From Octopus sinensis (Eukaryota): a stretch of DNA of 64,000 nucleotides. Shown in pieces: positions 23,642 through 35,355 of this stretch. The position numbers and the translations under genes were made by a program. The notes beneath the pieces are model-generated. The model worked only from the letters and a program-made list of their open reading frames with translations. It was not told the DNA's origin and made no database searches. Each line of letters starts with the position of its first letter. The stretch's first letter is position 1. Where the stretch lies: the NCBI RefSeq assembly GCF_006345805.1, contig NC_042998.1, forward strand, positions 75,764,001 to 75,828,000. Reading direction: 5' to 3'.

Positions 23642-26289
23642 TCCTTTATAACAACAAGAACAGTAATTTCCATGAAACATGTATTGAACATGTTAGGAAT
23701 GATTCTTGTCTCAATGCACGATGCAACGGTTTAGAAGCTGCTCCACCTTGGGAGAGTGATCATGTGTGTTTGTCAGCTAATGTGAAAAACATCCTCTACA
23801 GAAATGACTTCTCTAAACAGGTGAGTTATTATTTGTTTGCTCATTCAGAAAATATGGTCAAAATATCTTGTATTTTATTAGAATAATATCTAAATACTTC
23901 GTTAGAGATAGGAACAAATGAAAATAATCCATAAGATCAATTGCAGTGACGTTTGTTTTGCTGAATTATTTTACGGTGTCATATGGTACCGCTAGAAAAT
24001 ACACAGTACAACGTGTGTTACTTACCATATTTTGGTATTTTTTCCTTTGAACATGGATTTTCAACAATGGAAGTATAGTTTTCTCTAATAGTTTTTCAGG
24101 AAATGTTCAAAATAGGACAAGAAACAGATGACTAGATTTTTGAGGTGATCCGGTGTAAAACAAAGGGGTGGGGGAGGGGTATACTGTTTGGCGGGGATCT
24201 GCACTTTCCGCATGCTAAAGTTTCTAGTTTTTCACTATTTTGTATTTTTTCAGGAAGCGTGAACTCTAATTGAATGAAATTTTGAGTACTCTTGAAGAGG
24301 AAGATGACGGCCCATATGATATTTTCATTGAACCCCCGGAGGTTACTGACCTGTCAGATGAAGATTCGGCGAAAGAAGATGAAGCTGTCACCATTCGACA
24401 TACTCATCATCTCTCAGGTAACCAACTTCGCGCCCCCGCAGAATTGCAATCACCAAGTACGAAAACGAACGATAACGAAGCGACGCAGGAAAAAAATTCT
24501 GCTGAAACTGGACAGGCTTTGGGTGTTGCAAACAAAAGAAAAAATGCCAAATTACTTGGGGAAAAACCGAAACACAAGTGATGCCCTCCATTTTTCCTGA
24601 GTGTAATTATTCAAAATATAGGGATGCTCGTGAAGTGAAATTATTTGTGCTATTCTATGACAATGATATAACTGAACACTCAATGAAAGAAATGACAAAA
24701 TACTGCTTGAAAAAGAACTGGACTGATATAAATATATCCTTGAATGAATTCAAAGTGTTCCTTGCAATTCTTATAATTTCAGGATATAATCAATTACCTC
24801 GTCGTCATATACATTGGTCACATACATCAGATACGTTCAATGAAACTATCAGTAATGCTATGAGACGCGACCGGTTTGGTGCTATAATGCGTTATCTTCA
24901 CTTCAGTGCAGCAGATGATATCAATAAAAGTGATAAATTTGCAAAACTGCAACCCCCTCATATCTCATTTACAAAAGAAATTTATGGAACATTTTGTTCC
25001 AGCACCAAATATTTCACAGGATGAAGCCATGATGAAATATTTTGGTAAGCATATCTGCAAGCAATCTATTCACAATAAACCTATAAGATTCAGATACAAA
25101 ATCTGGTGTCAAAATTCATCTGTAGGCTATCTAATAGCCTTTGATCCCTATCAAAGGCAGACTCGCTGTGGAAATGTAGAATTAGAATCGACTTATGGAA
25201 AGTGTTCATCAACAGTACTTCATTTACTGGATTCCTATAGTGATGAGAAAAAACACCTTCTTTATCATGTATATTTTGATAACTTCTTCACATCAGTGCC
25301 ACTTCTAAATCAATTCAAAACTTTAGGATTCAATGGTACTGGCATATTGAGAGCAAACTGATTAGATACTTCGTGTCCTATTTCTTCTGTACGCTGTTTT
25401 GATAAAAAAACAGAACGAGGTTCTTCAGAGACAGTCACCAGAGTCACCAGATGGAAGGATAATGCTGTTTGTTGTGACAGTGGTATCCACCATTCATAGG
25501 AAGAACCCAGTAAACAAAGTCAAGCGCTGATCTAAGGAGACGTCAAAACACATAGTTGTACCAATTCCTCAGGCAATTTATAATTACAATAAGAATATAG
25601 GGGAAATGATCAGATGGACCAAAACATCAACGCGTATCGCAATGGCATACGTGGGGTCTTTTCACTTGGACTATAGATGTCTCCATTCAAAATGCTTGGA
25701 TTTTAGCACGAGGAAAGAGTTCTGCAATTGGACTTCTGAAGAGCAGTTGCCATGTCATACTTGCGAAGATTTCAGGTTCAGCCAAAAACTTCCGGCAAAA
25801 ATCATGTCCAGGAGATTCTGATATGTGATACGATGGTTCTGAACACTATGTGTGACCAGTAACTGGGAACAAGCGACGCGAATGTCAGGGAGAATTTTGT
25901 AAATCACAGACTCGAACTGAATGTGAAAAATACGATGTGGGATTATGCATCTCGTGTTCTGCAGATTATCATAAAAAAATAATCTGTTACTTTCGTGACT
26001 AACTCATAATATATGGAATATATGATAAAGGAGCATTTTTTCAATATTAATTACCATAAAATGCATCATATTGCTTTTTCTTTTTGTTATTTTCACTCCT
26101 ATAAAAGAATAACATATTATACATTTGATTACTGAATAAAAAGGAAGAAATTACCACAGTTGTATTTTTGTACCTTTATCATCCTAGCGGTGCCATATGG
26201 CACCTGGGTTTATTTAAGAATTTATTTTGAATTTTACATTTCTGGCTTCGAATCAATGTAAATAAAAAGTTATTCTCGCCACAAATGGG
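23642..26289 (+). mobile_element. piggyBac-like DNA transposon, about 2.65 kb, non-functional
   Basis: The right end is ..ccacaaatggg|TTAA (26290-26293). Sub-terminal inverted repeats are ggtgtcatatggtaccgctag (~23974) and ctagcggtgccatatggcacc (~26184), 19/21 identical. The left end after TTAA 23638-23641 matches the right TIR only weakly, so that boundary is tentative. Confidence 0.85.
23804..25982 (+). pseudogene. piggyBac (PGBD3/4-like) transposase pseudogene with a putative 5' intron (23821-24253)
   Basis: Acidic N-terminus (LNEILSTLEEEDD..PPEVTDLSDEDS), NAMRRDRF, SQDEAMMKYFGKH, KPIRFRYKIW, VYFDNFFTS, YNKN..DQMDQNINAYR, and a C-terminal Cys-rich ECQGEFCKSQTRTECEKYDVGLCISC..YH* domain. 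Multiple stops and frameshifts. Confidence 0.92.
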
Positions 26290-29200
26290 TTAAAATATAT
26301 AACCCAATCCTTTCTTTCAATAATTGGAAAATTAAATTGACTTTTTCGGTGTGGGGGTGTTCCCAATTTTCAAGGAGTTATCTGGTTATTTCCCACACTT
26401 CTACGAATGGAATAATTTTAAAAGACAACATGAGAATATAAATATATAAGGATGTTTTAATAGTTTATTGACTATGGGTTTGAAGTTTACATTCCTGTAG
26501 CAGTTGATAATATTGGAATTACTCAAGGGACACTATCGGATAAAAACATTTTAAAAAGTCACATATCACAACAAAAATAATTTCTTTTTCGCTGTTATTC
26601 TAAAAACAACAGCTATAATAAAAACATAGCACACGATTTTATACTTTTGTTTAAGATTTGCTTCACCGTCGAAAAAATATTTTTCACTATTGATGAAGAA
26701 CTATAGATCGTTTCTGAATACTTAGTGCTGTTACTAAGAGTGGAATATTTTACTTAATAGTTGCTTTATTTGTAGTTCTATCCTTATTTTGTAAACTTTT
26801 TGCAAGAGGCTGCGTTTATAGTTGCTCTTTTACTCCTAAGAATTCTTTCCAAATCTCTTGTGATCATGTTTTCAAGTATAAAAGTTTCAACTGCACAGTA
26901 GTAACTACATTGTAAACGCTTGTACACCTAGTTTTATGTTTTCTTGGAGAGATCAAAATTCCTTTCAATTACTTTATTGTATAAATTTGCTTCGATATTT
27001 CCCACTTGGATAAGTTTGGAGAATTCTGATATTGTTATCTTTAGACATTGGGCGAAATATTGAATATTTTACACGCTTTATAGTTTTGAATGTGGACATA
27101 TTGTTCGGCAATAACCTAGTCGGGATAAGAATCGATATAATCGATTCAGCCAACTGGCCATCAAGGTGAAATGCTACTTTTATCCTATGGCTCTTTTCCA
27201 AAGTGATAAAGGATTCTGCTTGATGGTATTATCCATTGTCTTATTCTCTTCAGTGTGGGTTTTGGAAAACTGGCTCTGTAATTGACCACAGTTAATGATG
27301 AGACAGTTTTCTAAAATTCTGTACTTTTCGGATTTGGAAACGGGCCATTGGAAGAATAATGACAAACATAAAGCAATATTCACATATGCATAATCTCAAA
27401 AGAGATATTGAATGTTTAATTTATTATAATTTTCTTACAATGAAGTCTACGTATTCCTCATCTTTACGTATTTGGTAGGGTCGTAAATAAAATTAATTCA
27501 ATTGTTTCATATTAATATGCTTCAATTTTCTAAAATTACCTACATAATTACAATAAACATTACTCAATAATAGTTTGTTACATATTTCTTAAATACCTGC
27601 TTCAATAGCACTTCGCTAATACTTTAATATTTCGTTAAACATTACTGCAATATTACTTTAATATTGCTTCAATATCTATTCAAAATCCCCGTTTCTCATG
27701 ATGATTATATTTGATATATATATTTGGAAAAAATGAACAATATATTTTGCCAAGATTATTTGATTCTAGTATTGAATATTCTAGATATTTATACTTCAAT
27801 AGAAAATTGTGAAAAAAAAAACATAAAACATGTTTAATTCAATACTTTCCTTTTTCAACCAAAAACTATTTTTGTAAGATCTATAAAGACTTAAGCTAGA
27901 AGAAAATAGAAAGATCTCATTGAGAAATCAATATCAATTTTCGTGTCAATTCCCTGGTCAAATTCATATGTATTTGTGTGCACTTGCCCGTGCGTGTGTT
28001 TAAATATGCATCATGGAAAAAGGAATGATCAAGGATCAAAACGTTCGCTTCACAATCATGAGGCCTCGGGTTCGATCTTAATGTTTAATTATGCAGTTTG
28101 CTTTTTTACGATAGCCTCAGGTTTTCCCAAGTTTCGCAGTTGAATTTGGACACACAGAAGTTGTACAAGATCTTGGATTGACTGAACATGTGATTCAAAA
28201 TGTCATCCTTATCACAATGTGTCATGTTGATTCTACCTGAGAATTATGTGTCTGTAAAATACTCAACCACATACATTCTAACTGAATAAGACAATTCAGT
28301 TGATAGAAGAACCGTATTACTCATCGTTTGAACCGATTGAGGAGTTCCATTAGAAATATGTAATAACATACCAAATTAACAATAAGGGCCCTACCAATCA
28401 ATGACTTTATTTTGTTGCCCTCTAACCAAGGCATCATTTGTTCCATTTAGGATTTTTTATGGGGTTTGTGGAGCTAGAAATGCAATCCATGTATCAACGA
28501 GTCTGTTGTGATTGTAGTATGTTCTATATGTTTATTGCTTCTCATTTTCATGGCTACAAAATATATTATCAAAATACCTGCTTAAAGGATGGCTTCTGTC
28601 GTAGACCTAATCCGTCACTCAGTTTACACCACCACCTACCAACTAAAATGCAATAAATAAAGTTCATTTCGTCGAAAGTATTCAGGTCGGATCTCGGTTT
28701 AAGGATAACTTTCTCTCGCCTTCTCTTCCTGTAATCTTGGAGGCCATACAAAAGGTCACGACTACTGCGTTCCCTCTAAATAAACGTTTTGAAAAAACTC
28801 CGTTATAATTATTTTCATAAAAACGTTAGCCCCAAAATGTTAATTAATTTGTTGAAAGCTATCACAAAGAATTTCTTCATGTAATTTTTCAGGTATATTT
28901 TAGCAATTCCATGCATGAAATCAGAATACTGATAACTAAGTAATATTTCAATTTTTATAGTTTTAGTAGAACATATTCTTAGCTAGCAGAACTTCAAACA
29001 CCATCTATATCGATTTCACAATTTTGAGGCCTCTGAACACACATGTACTTTGTTAGCCTTTCTCTCACTATAAAACAACTGTCATAGAAATGTTGAACAT
29101 TTCACTATATGAAATTGTGTGTGCCATTATTTTTATATAGAATTTGTATCTAATTCACTGAGAAGTTTCTCTCTGAAACAGAATATATTTTTAATGGTTT

Positions 29201-29970
29201 AGTCAGCGGGAAAGAGCATTGATCAAAATATTTTGCTACAGAGTACATTCCTCTAAGGGTCAGGTAATTGTATTCAACCTGTAACGAATTAGTTTCGCTG
29301 CCAAGATTATGTGTGCGTTACATTTTACGAAATTTTCCAGTATATATATATATATATATATATATATGAGTAATGGGAAATGGAGGTAAACGCACAAGAT
29401 GTTATTTAAATCATTTATATCTCTATATCACCGACATGTGTTTTGATTGATACATTAAAAATTAATCCCAGAGGAAGAATAATGTGAAACAGTGTATCAA
29501 TTTCATCAGGGAGGTGATTATAAACACAGTGCTTATTTATAAGCTATTTTTACAGATGTAAGAAACTATAATATATATTAATACCATATGAAAAATTGAG
29601 GTGGGTAGGAAACGCTTGTAAGTTTTTAAAAGTCGTTAAGTAATTTGACGTCATAGGACGAGAGACGAAGAGCAGAAAGAGAGAGAAAGAGAATTAAAGT
29701 AGTAAAGGCGGTATGAACAAATAGGTGAATGACAAATAGATAGAAATAGTAAAGGAAAGAACGGGATGTGTGGGATAAAGTGTAAGTTATAGATATTATT
29801 AGGTAAGGGAGCAGAAATTATTTGAAATAGCTGAAAGTGTGTTTTTACCAATGTAAACACTTATAAACGCGATCTTTATTGAGCTCTGCAAAAAATGTAG
29901 CAATGATCCCAAAAAAGGTTATGTCATCAAATACCTTACACCCCGTACATATATATGTATGTATGTATGG

Positions 29971-30476
29971 ACGTGGTTTGATCAATATGTATCCGGGCTG
30001 TTGCCATAGTAACGAAGCACATATTGACCTTGAACTCTGTGGTGCATGCGCACAAAGTTTTAACGTTCTAGATCACTTCCACTGTTTACAGTAGTACTTG
30101 GAAGGAAAGTGTGTAGCGTGTGATCGCCGCATTGATAATGACAGAGAAAGTTGAATAGAGAATCTGCATCAAATTTAGCCAAAAGCTTGGCGATACCTAC
30201 TCGGAGGTCTAGGCAATGTTTTCAAAAACTTTCCATCGTTCTCGACCCATTCAAGATCTTTCTGCAAATTTGGGTAGGCCTCCGAGAAGGTATCACCATG
30301 ACAACCTTTTCAGTCATGGTCAATGCGACGATCACACGCTACACACCTTCCTTCCACGTACTGCTATAAATATCGGAAATGAGCTAGAATGTTAAAACTT
30401 AGTGCACATGCACAACAGATTTCTTTAACATCGTTACTATGACAACAGTCTAGATACTTATTGATCAGACTTCGTA
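29971..30476. mobile_element. Palindromic mariner-derived MITE with ~180-bp arms
   Basis: 29971-30153 is the reverse complement of 30302-30476; for example gtacttggaaggaaagtgtgtagcgtgtgatcgccgcattga matches its partner at 39/42. The centre encodes MTEKVE*RICIKFSQKLGDTYSE. The right end is flanked by TA. Confidence 0.88.
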
Positions 30477-30679
30477 TGTATGTATACACTTGAGTAAATA
30501 ATATTTTATTGTGATTTCCAGATATAACAAAGGAAATTAACCCATAATATTCGGAATGCTAATTTCTACAACAAAAATCCTTTGTCTCTTTCAGTTTTGG
30601 AATAATTATAAATTGAATGTGAAAGCTTCATTCATTTCTACTTTGTAAATAAAGTACGTCTATCTTTTCTTTTATCTTT

Positions 30680-30875
30680 TCTCTTATTTACTTCAGTCAT
30701 TTGACTGCGGCCATGCTGGAGCACCGCCTTTAGTCGAACAAATTGACCCCAGGACTTATTCTTTGTAAGCCTAGTACTTATTCTATTAGCCTCTTTTGCC
30801 GAACTTCTAAGCTACACGGACGTAAATACACCTGCATCGGTTGTCAAGCGATGGTGGGAGAACAAACACACACTA

Positions 30876-30942
<67 letters not shown>

Positions 30943-31113
30943 TGTGTGTGTGACGGGCTTCTTTCAGTTTCCGTCTACCAAATTCACTCACAAGGTTTTG
31001 GTCGGTCCGAGGCTATAGTAGAAGACACTTACCCAAAGTGCCACGCAGTGGGACTGAACCCGATAAACCATGTGGTTGGTAAGCAAGCTGCTTACCACAC
31101 GGCCACTCCTGTG
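30680..31113 (-). mobile_element. Family B tRNA-derived SINE with internal (GT)n tract (30885-30950)
   Basis: cagtcatttgactgcggccatgctggagcaccgcc..cccaaagtgccacgcagtgggactgaaccc..cttaccacacggccac. The tRNA-like head lies at the right end. Confidence 0.9.
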
Positions 31114-32190
31114 CCTATCTTGGAAAAATTATGTTTATTATCCTTACATTCAATATATATTTTTATCTTTTACTTGTCTTTTCATTATATATTCTGATAT
31201 TTCAACCAGTGAATGACCATCCTGATACGAAGTTAAATATGCACAAGTTTTTGTAATAATATGTATTGTCGAGTTAAACACTACGAAAAATTATCCACGT
31301 CGAATCTCTTGAATAAAGAAGATTGGAGCGCTTAGATCTTTTGCTTCAGCGAATCTATAGTTCCCGAGAGTCATTCCATCATATATTCAATTTTATATTC
31401 TTAAATTTCTCATGATTTTACTTCAATGCATAACATGCATCCTGAAAATACAGAATAATCCTTATTTTTACGTCTATTTATTGTTCTCTTTGCTAATTTA
31501 GATTGCACTGCTTTGCTTTTATAACTCTAATAGTTACTCTTTAAAACGAAAATGTTTTGGAAATATATTGAACATAAATGCCTCATCAGCAGCGGTTCGC
31601 CGACGGAGGGCGTAATACCAGGACGAAGATCGAAGTATCCGGTGTTCGCTACCTGCCTCAGATAAATCATCTACATGAAAATCATCTACATTAATTATAG
31701 AATTTTAATGAAGATAATAAATTAATCAGCCTAGGAAGCTTCTTCTTTTGTTAAACCACTAAAAAGTCATCATTGTCTCTTATCGTATAACTCGAAGAAT
31801 CATCAATTTTTGTGTAAATTAGGTATCATATTTTTAATAGAAATAAGCGAGAAAATTAAGTTAGATGAAATGATTCAGAAATGAAATCGTGTAATTAATC
31901 TTATTAAAATTGGGTATCAAAGAATTAATTAGCAATGTTTACAATTCATTTAACGAGATCTGTAAGCTTAGATAGGCGTATGTTTTCCAATGATATAAAA
32001 AATGTTTCCTAGGATTAATTTTTCATTAAAACCTTATATAGTTCCGTGCATAATTAAATAACAACACTTGTTAGAATTTATTTTAATAAGTTTAAAGTTT
32101 TTTTCTAAAGTTTACTATTCACAAAATTTAATTAGCAGATGTTTTGTTTTTCAATTATCTACTTATTTGCGTATATAAGTTTTATTTCAG

Positions 32191-32244
32191 CTTGAGAAAG
32201 AGGGACAATGCCCATAGTTTTTACAGTCACCCCAGATTGCTATG
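32191..32244 (+). CDS. Probable 54-nt coding exon of the host gene: (R)LRKRDNAHSFYSHPRLL
   Basis: Strong acceptor ttttatttcag and donor ctatg|gtgagt. Only one frame is open, and it is the phase-2 frame required by the 16312 donor. Confidence 0.55.
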
Positions 32245-32386
32245 GTGAGTACGTTAGATATTTAAAGTAAACTCCTCCTATGAATCATATCCGAATGTAG
32301 AGATTTCAGAGTATTGTTTCCTGTAGAAGAATGCCATTTATATTGCATTTTTAAAACAATATTTTCATTGGTTAGAGATTATCTCT

Positions 32387-32388
<2 letters not shown>

Positions 32389-32451
<63 letters not shown>
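32389..32451. repeat. (CT)n microsatellite
   Basis: Seen directly. Confidence 0.98.
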
Positions 32452-32456
<5 letters not shown>

Positions 32457-32499
32457 TCATCTGCATTTCAACTATAATGGTTTGCAGTTACTCTGATTA

Positions 32500-32870
32500 A
32501 AGTCTCCCAGTCGCTTTTCCAAACACGTCTGCTTCTACCGTTCTCTGACCTTCTCGAACTATCAGCAACTCTTAGGCCATATCTTCTCCTGCATTGAGAG
32601 TATGCACCTCACTTTACCTGTCTTCCTAGAGATCCACGTAGCTACATCCTCGACATGTATCTCTGGCCGACACACAGGAACTCCGGATACCCTTGATCTC
32701 TTTCTTACCTCCAAACCTAACATCTAAAAGACCGCAACTGTCTCTGCGTATATTGGGTCATCCGACCACTGCTACCCAATGCATATCCATATACTACACA
32801 ACGCCTCACTCCCACGGTTTCTACGACGAACCGGATTTATACCAATGTTATGCTAACTATCCATGGTAGT
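32500..32870 (+). mobile_element. LINE APE endonuclease C-terminal relic
   Basis: GTPDTLDLFLTSKPNI*..IGSSDHC matches the conserved LDLFLT..SDH end of the APE domain. Confidence 0.8.
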
Positions 32871-34654
32871 ACACGTGATTAACTTCTGAACATTGAGAAA
32901 CTGCTAAGCGTTTGAGTGATCCTTTTAGGCATGCCCTACATCCCACGCAGCAAAATCTCAATGCTTGAGTCCTCCAAGCCATTCAGTCACCGCGAAAAGA
33001 TGAATAAAGAAAGGTTTAAGCATCCAGATGGAAGGTAAAATTTCCAATGATTAGATATCTTCAATATTGTACGAATAAAATCCACGAAAACAAAGTAATA
33101 GGCTATAGTTAGTGAAATTTTAGTCTTGATAAATGAAGATTTAGATTTTTTCTATTAAATGTACATCAGTAATACTTATAAGCACAAAAACATAGGAAAC
33201 GAAATATTATATACTGTAATGCTCCATACATTTTAATTATCGTTCCCATTCTGCCAGGGTTCTCTAAACCTGGTCATTCTGCTGATCATAACAACTAGAT
33301 AATTTCAATTAGAATTTGAAATAATAATCGAAATAATGTTTTGTAATTTTATCGATATCGCTTCTAAATATTAACCAGGTTTCAGTTCCATAAGAATCGA
33401 TTTTTTAATGTGAAGGCCTAGGATTACTGGTCGTACTAGTTAAATCTATTATTACAATAAAAATGTTATTCTCTAAAGGGAAGCATGTAGTTGATTGATT
33501 TGGCTTCATTCCCTGAATGATACAAATTTTATTTATACATGAAGATAGAATATTAAAGTCTACAAAAAAAATGTTGTCAAAACAGTGGAGCTCCTGATTA
33601 GTTGCTATAACATGCCACCCTTCATGTTTCGAACTGGCATTATGTTTAGACAAAGCATCTAAAGCTAGAGAATAATTACCATCGTAGAAACCTTATATTT
33701 AAGCCTCATAAATTTCCTGATATCCGATCTTTACACAGTCATATTCTAGATGTAATTAATACGGTTGTACAGCTGCTGCAGCTAAGTCCACACAGAAGCT
33801 TAATACATGAAAGTAAACTACTTCAAAACTAATTCTTTTACATCCTCTTTAATGTTTTTTCAGCAGTTAGTAGTAATTTTATACAGCAAATGTAACTCTT
33901 TAAAATTGTTTAGCAAAGGAAACATTAATAGCAAATAGTAGTTGATTGTCTTGAAAGCATATTTGACGTAAAAGTGTGTAACAATATATTGATAAATTTA
34001 TAAGAAAGAAAATAACTTAGTTATGTATTGACGAAACAGCAGATGTTGACCTTAATTAGAAAGTAGTATTGCTGGAAACTTTGTTATTTTGATTATAAAT
34101 TTGTTATGAAACATTTCCTAGGGTATTTTATAAACTCAAACTCTAGGTTTGAGATATTTGGTACATAGCCAAAAATCTGTTAATTTGATTTATCTTCAGC
34201 AGTACAGACCGAGAATCCGTTTTATCACGATTAACTGCTCCTTCACCTAAAGTAATTACGGTTATCTTAAGAAAATAATTATAGTAGCTACTAGAAGTTG
34301 ATTAAAAATTAAGAGCTTTTTTTTACTACAAATATCCAAGAGGATATTTATTTCACTATTTTTTAAATTTCTGTCTGGAACAATTAAAAAATAAACATTT
34401 ATGTTATTATTTGTAATATATATTTAAATTAGCTATTGAAGTTAAATTCCATATATTTTTTTATAATTTAAAACAAATGAACAATTCTGTCAGGCTCCCT
34501 CAAAAATAAAGTATTTTGAAACATATTTTGTTCTGCTTTTATCCTTTACTCACGTGTTTTATAAAGTAATGTTTCAGATATTAGAATAACAGATATTCAC
34601 GTTCCGCATAATTCAATCTATTCATATTTCTATTATGTACCAATTTCTTTACTA

Positions 34655-35355
34655 CCCACTAGGGGCTAAACACAGAGGGGACAAACAAGGACAGACAAAC
34701 GGATTAAGTCGATTATATCGACCCCTGTGCGTAACTGGTACTTAATTTATCGACCCCGAAAGGATGAAAGGTAAAGTTGACCTCGGCAGAATTTGAACTC
34801 AGAACGTAACCGCAGACGAAATACCGCTAAGCATTTCGCCCGGCGTGCTAACGTTTCTGCCAGCTCACCGCCGTAATAATATTGCATAATATTTCTATTA
34901 TGTACCTCAGTACAGAGAACATCAGTCCGACCTTAGACAGTTCTGGTATCATATCAAACTTTGATTAAGAAGAGAGTGCTAGCTAAACCCTTAACCCCCA
35001 TTTACCTGCCCTTTTGAAGAGCACAACATTGTGAGTGTGCCGATGCTTGTAACAGACGGAGAGAACAAGGGAGAAGTAGTAAGACAAGAATCTGCCCCAG
35101 TAATTGACTAGTACTTTTATCAACCTCGAAAGAATAAAAACTCCATGGTGGCTTGACAGAATGAGCACAATGATGGACAACGTGTGCAGTGGTATTTCGT
35201 TACGGCTTTTCACATTCTGATTTCAATCCCCATAAAGGTCAACTTTGTCTTTCATCCTTCCTGGGCCGATAAGATTAGATACCAAGTACTGGAGTCGATT
35301 TAATTGACTGCTTTCCACCACCGCCACGAAACTGTAGCTTGGTTCCTATGTTAAA
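34655..35355. mobile_element. Cluster of family A SINE copies: a near-complete (-) copy at 34655-34873 and a (+) copy at ~35165-35355
   Basis: The core and tRNA-like head are recognisable in both orientations. Confidence 0.8.

Noticed and set aside
26960-27385. Coding-looking stretch with long frames broken by TGA/TAA, raising the idea of stop-codon repair by A-to-I editing
   Set aside because: No recognisable protein, no consistent splice sites, and several stops would each need editing. More likely decayed TE or chance.
35007-35046. 40-nt minus-strand exon candidate with donor gggcag|gtaaat
   Set aside because: Its polypyrimidine tract comes from an adjacent SINE end, the acceptor is AAG, and all frames are open, so it carries no discriminating information.
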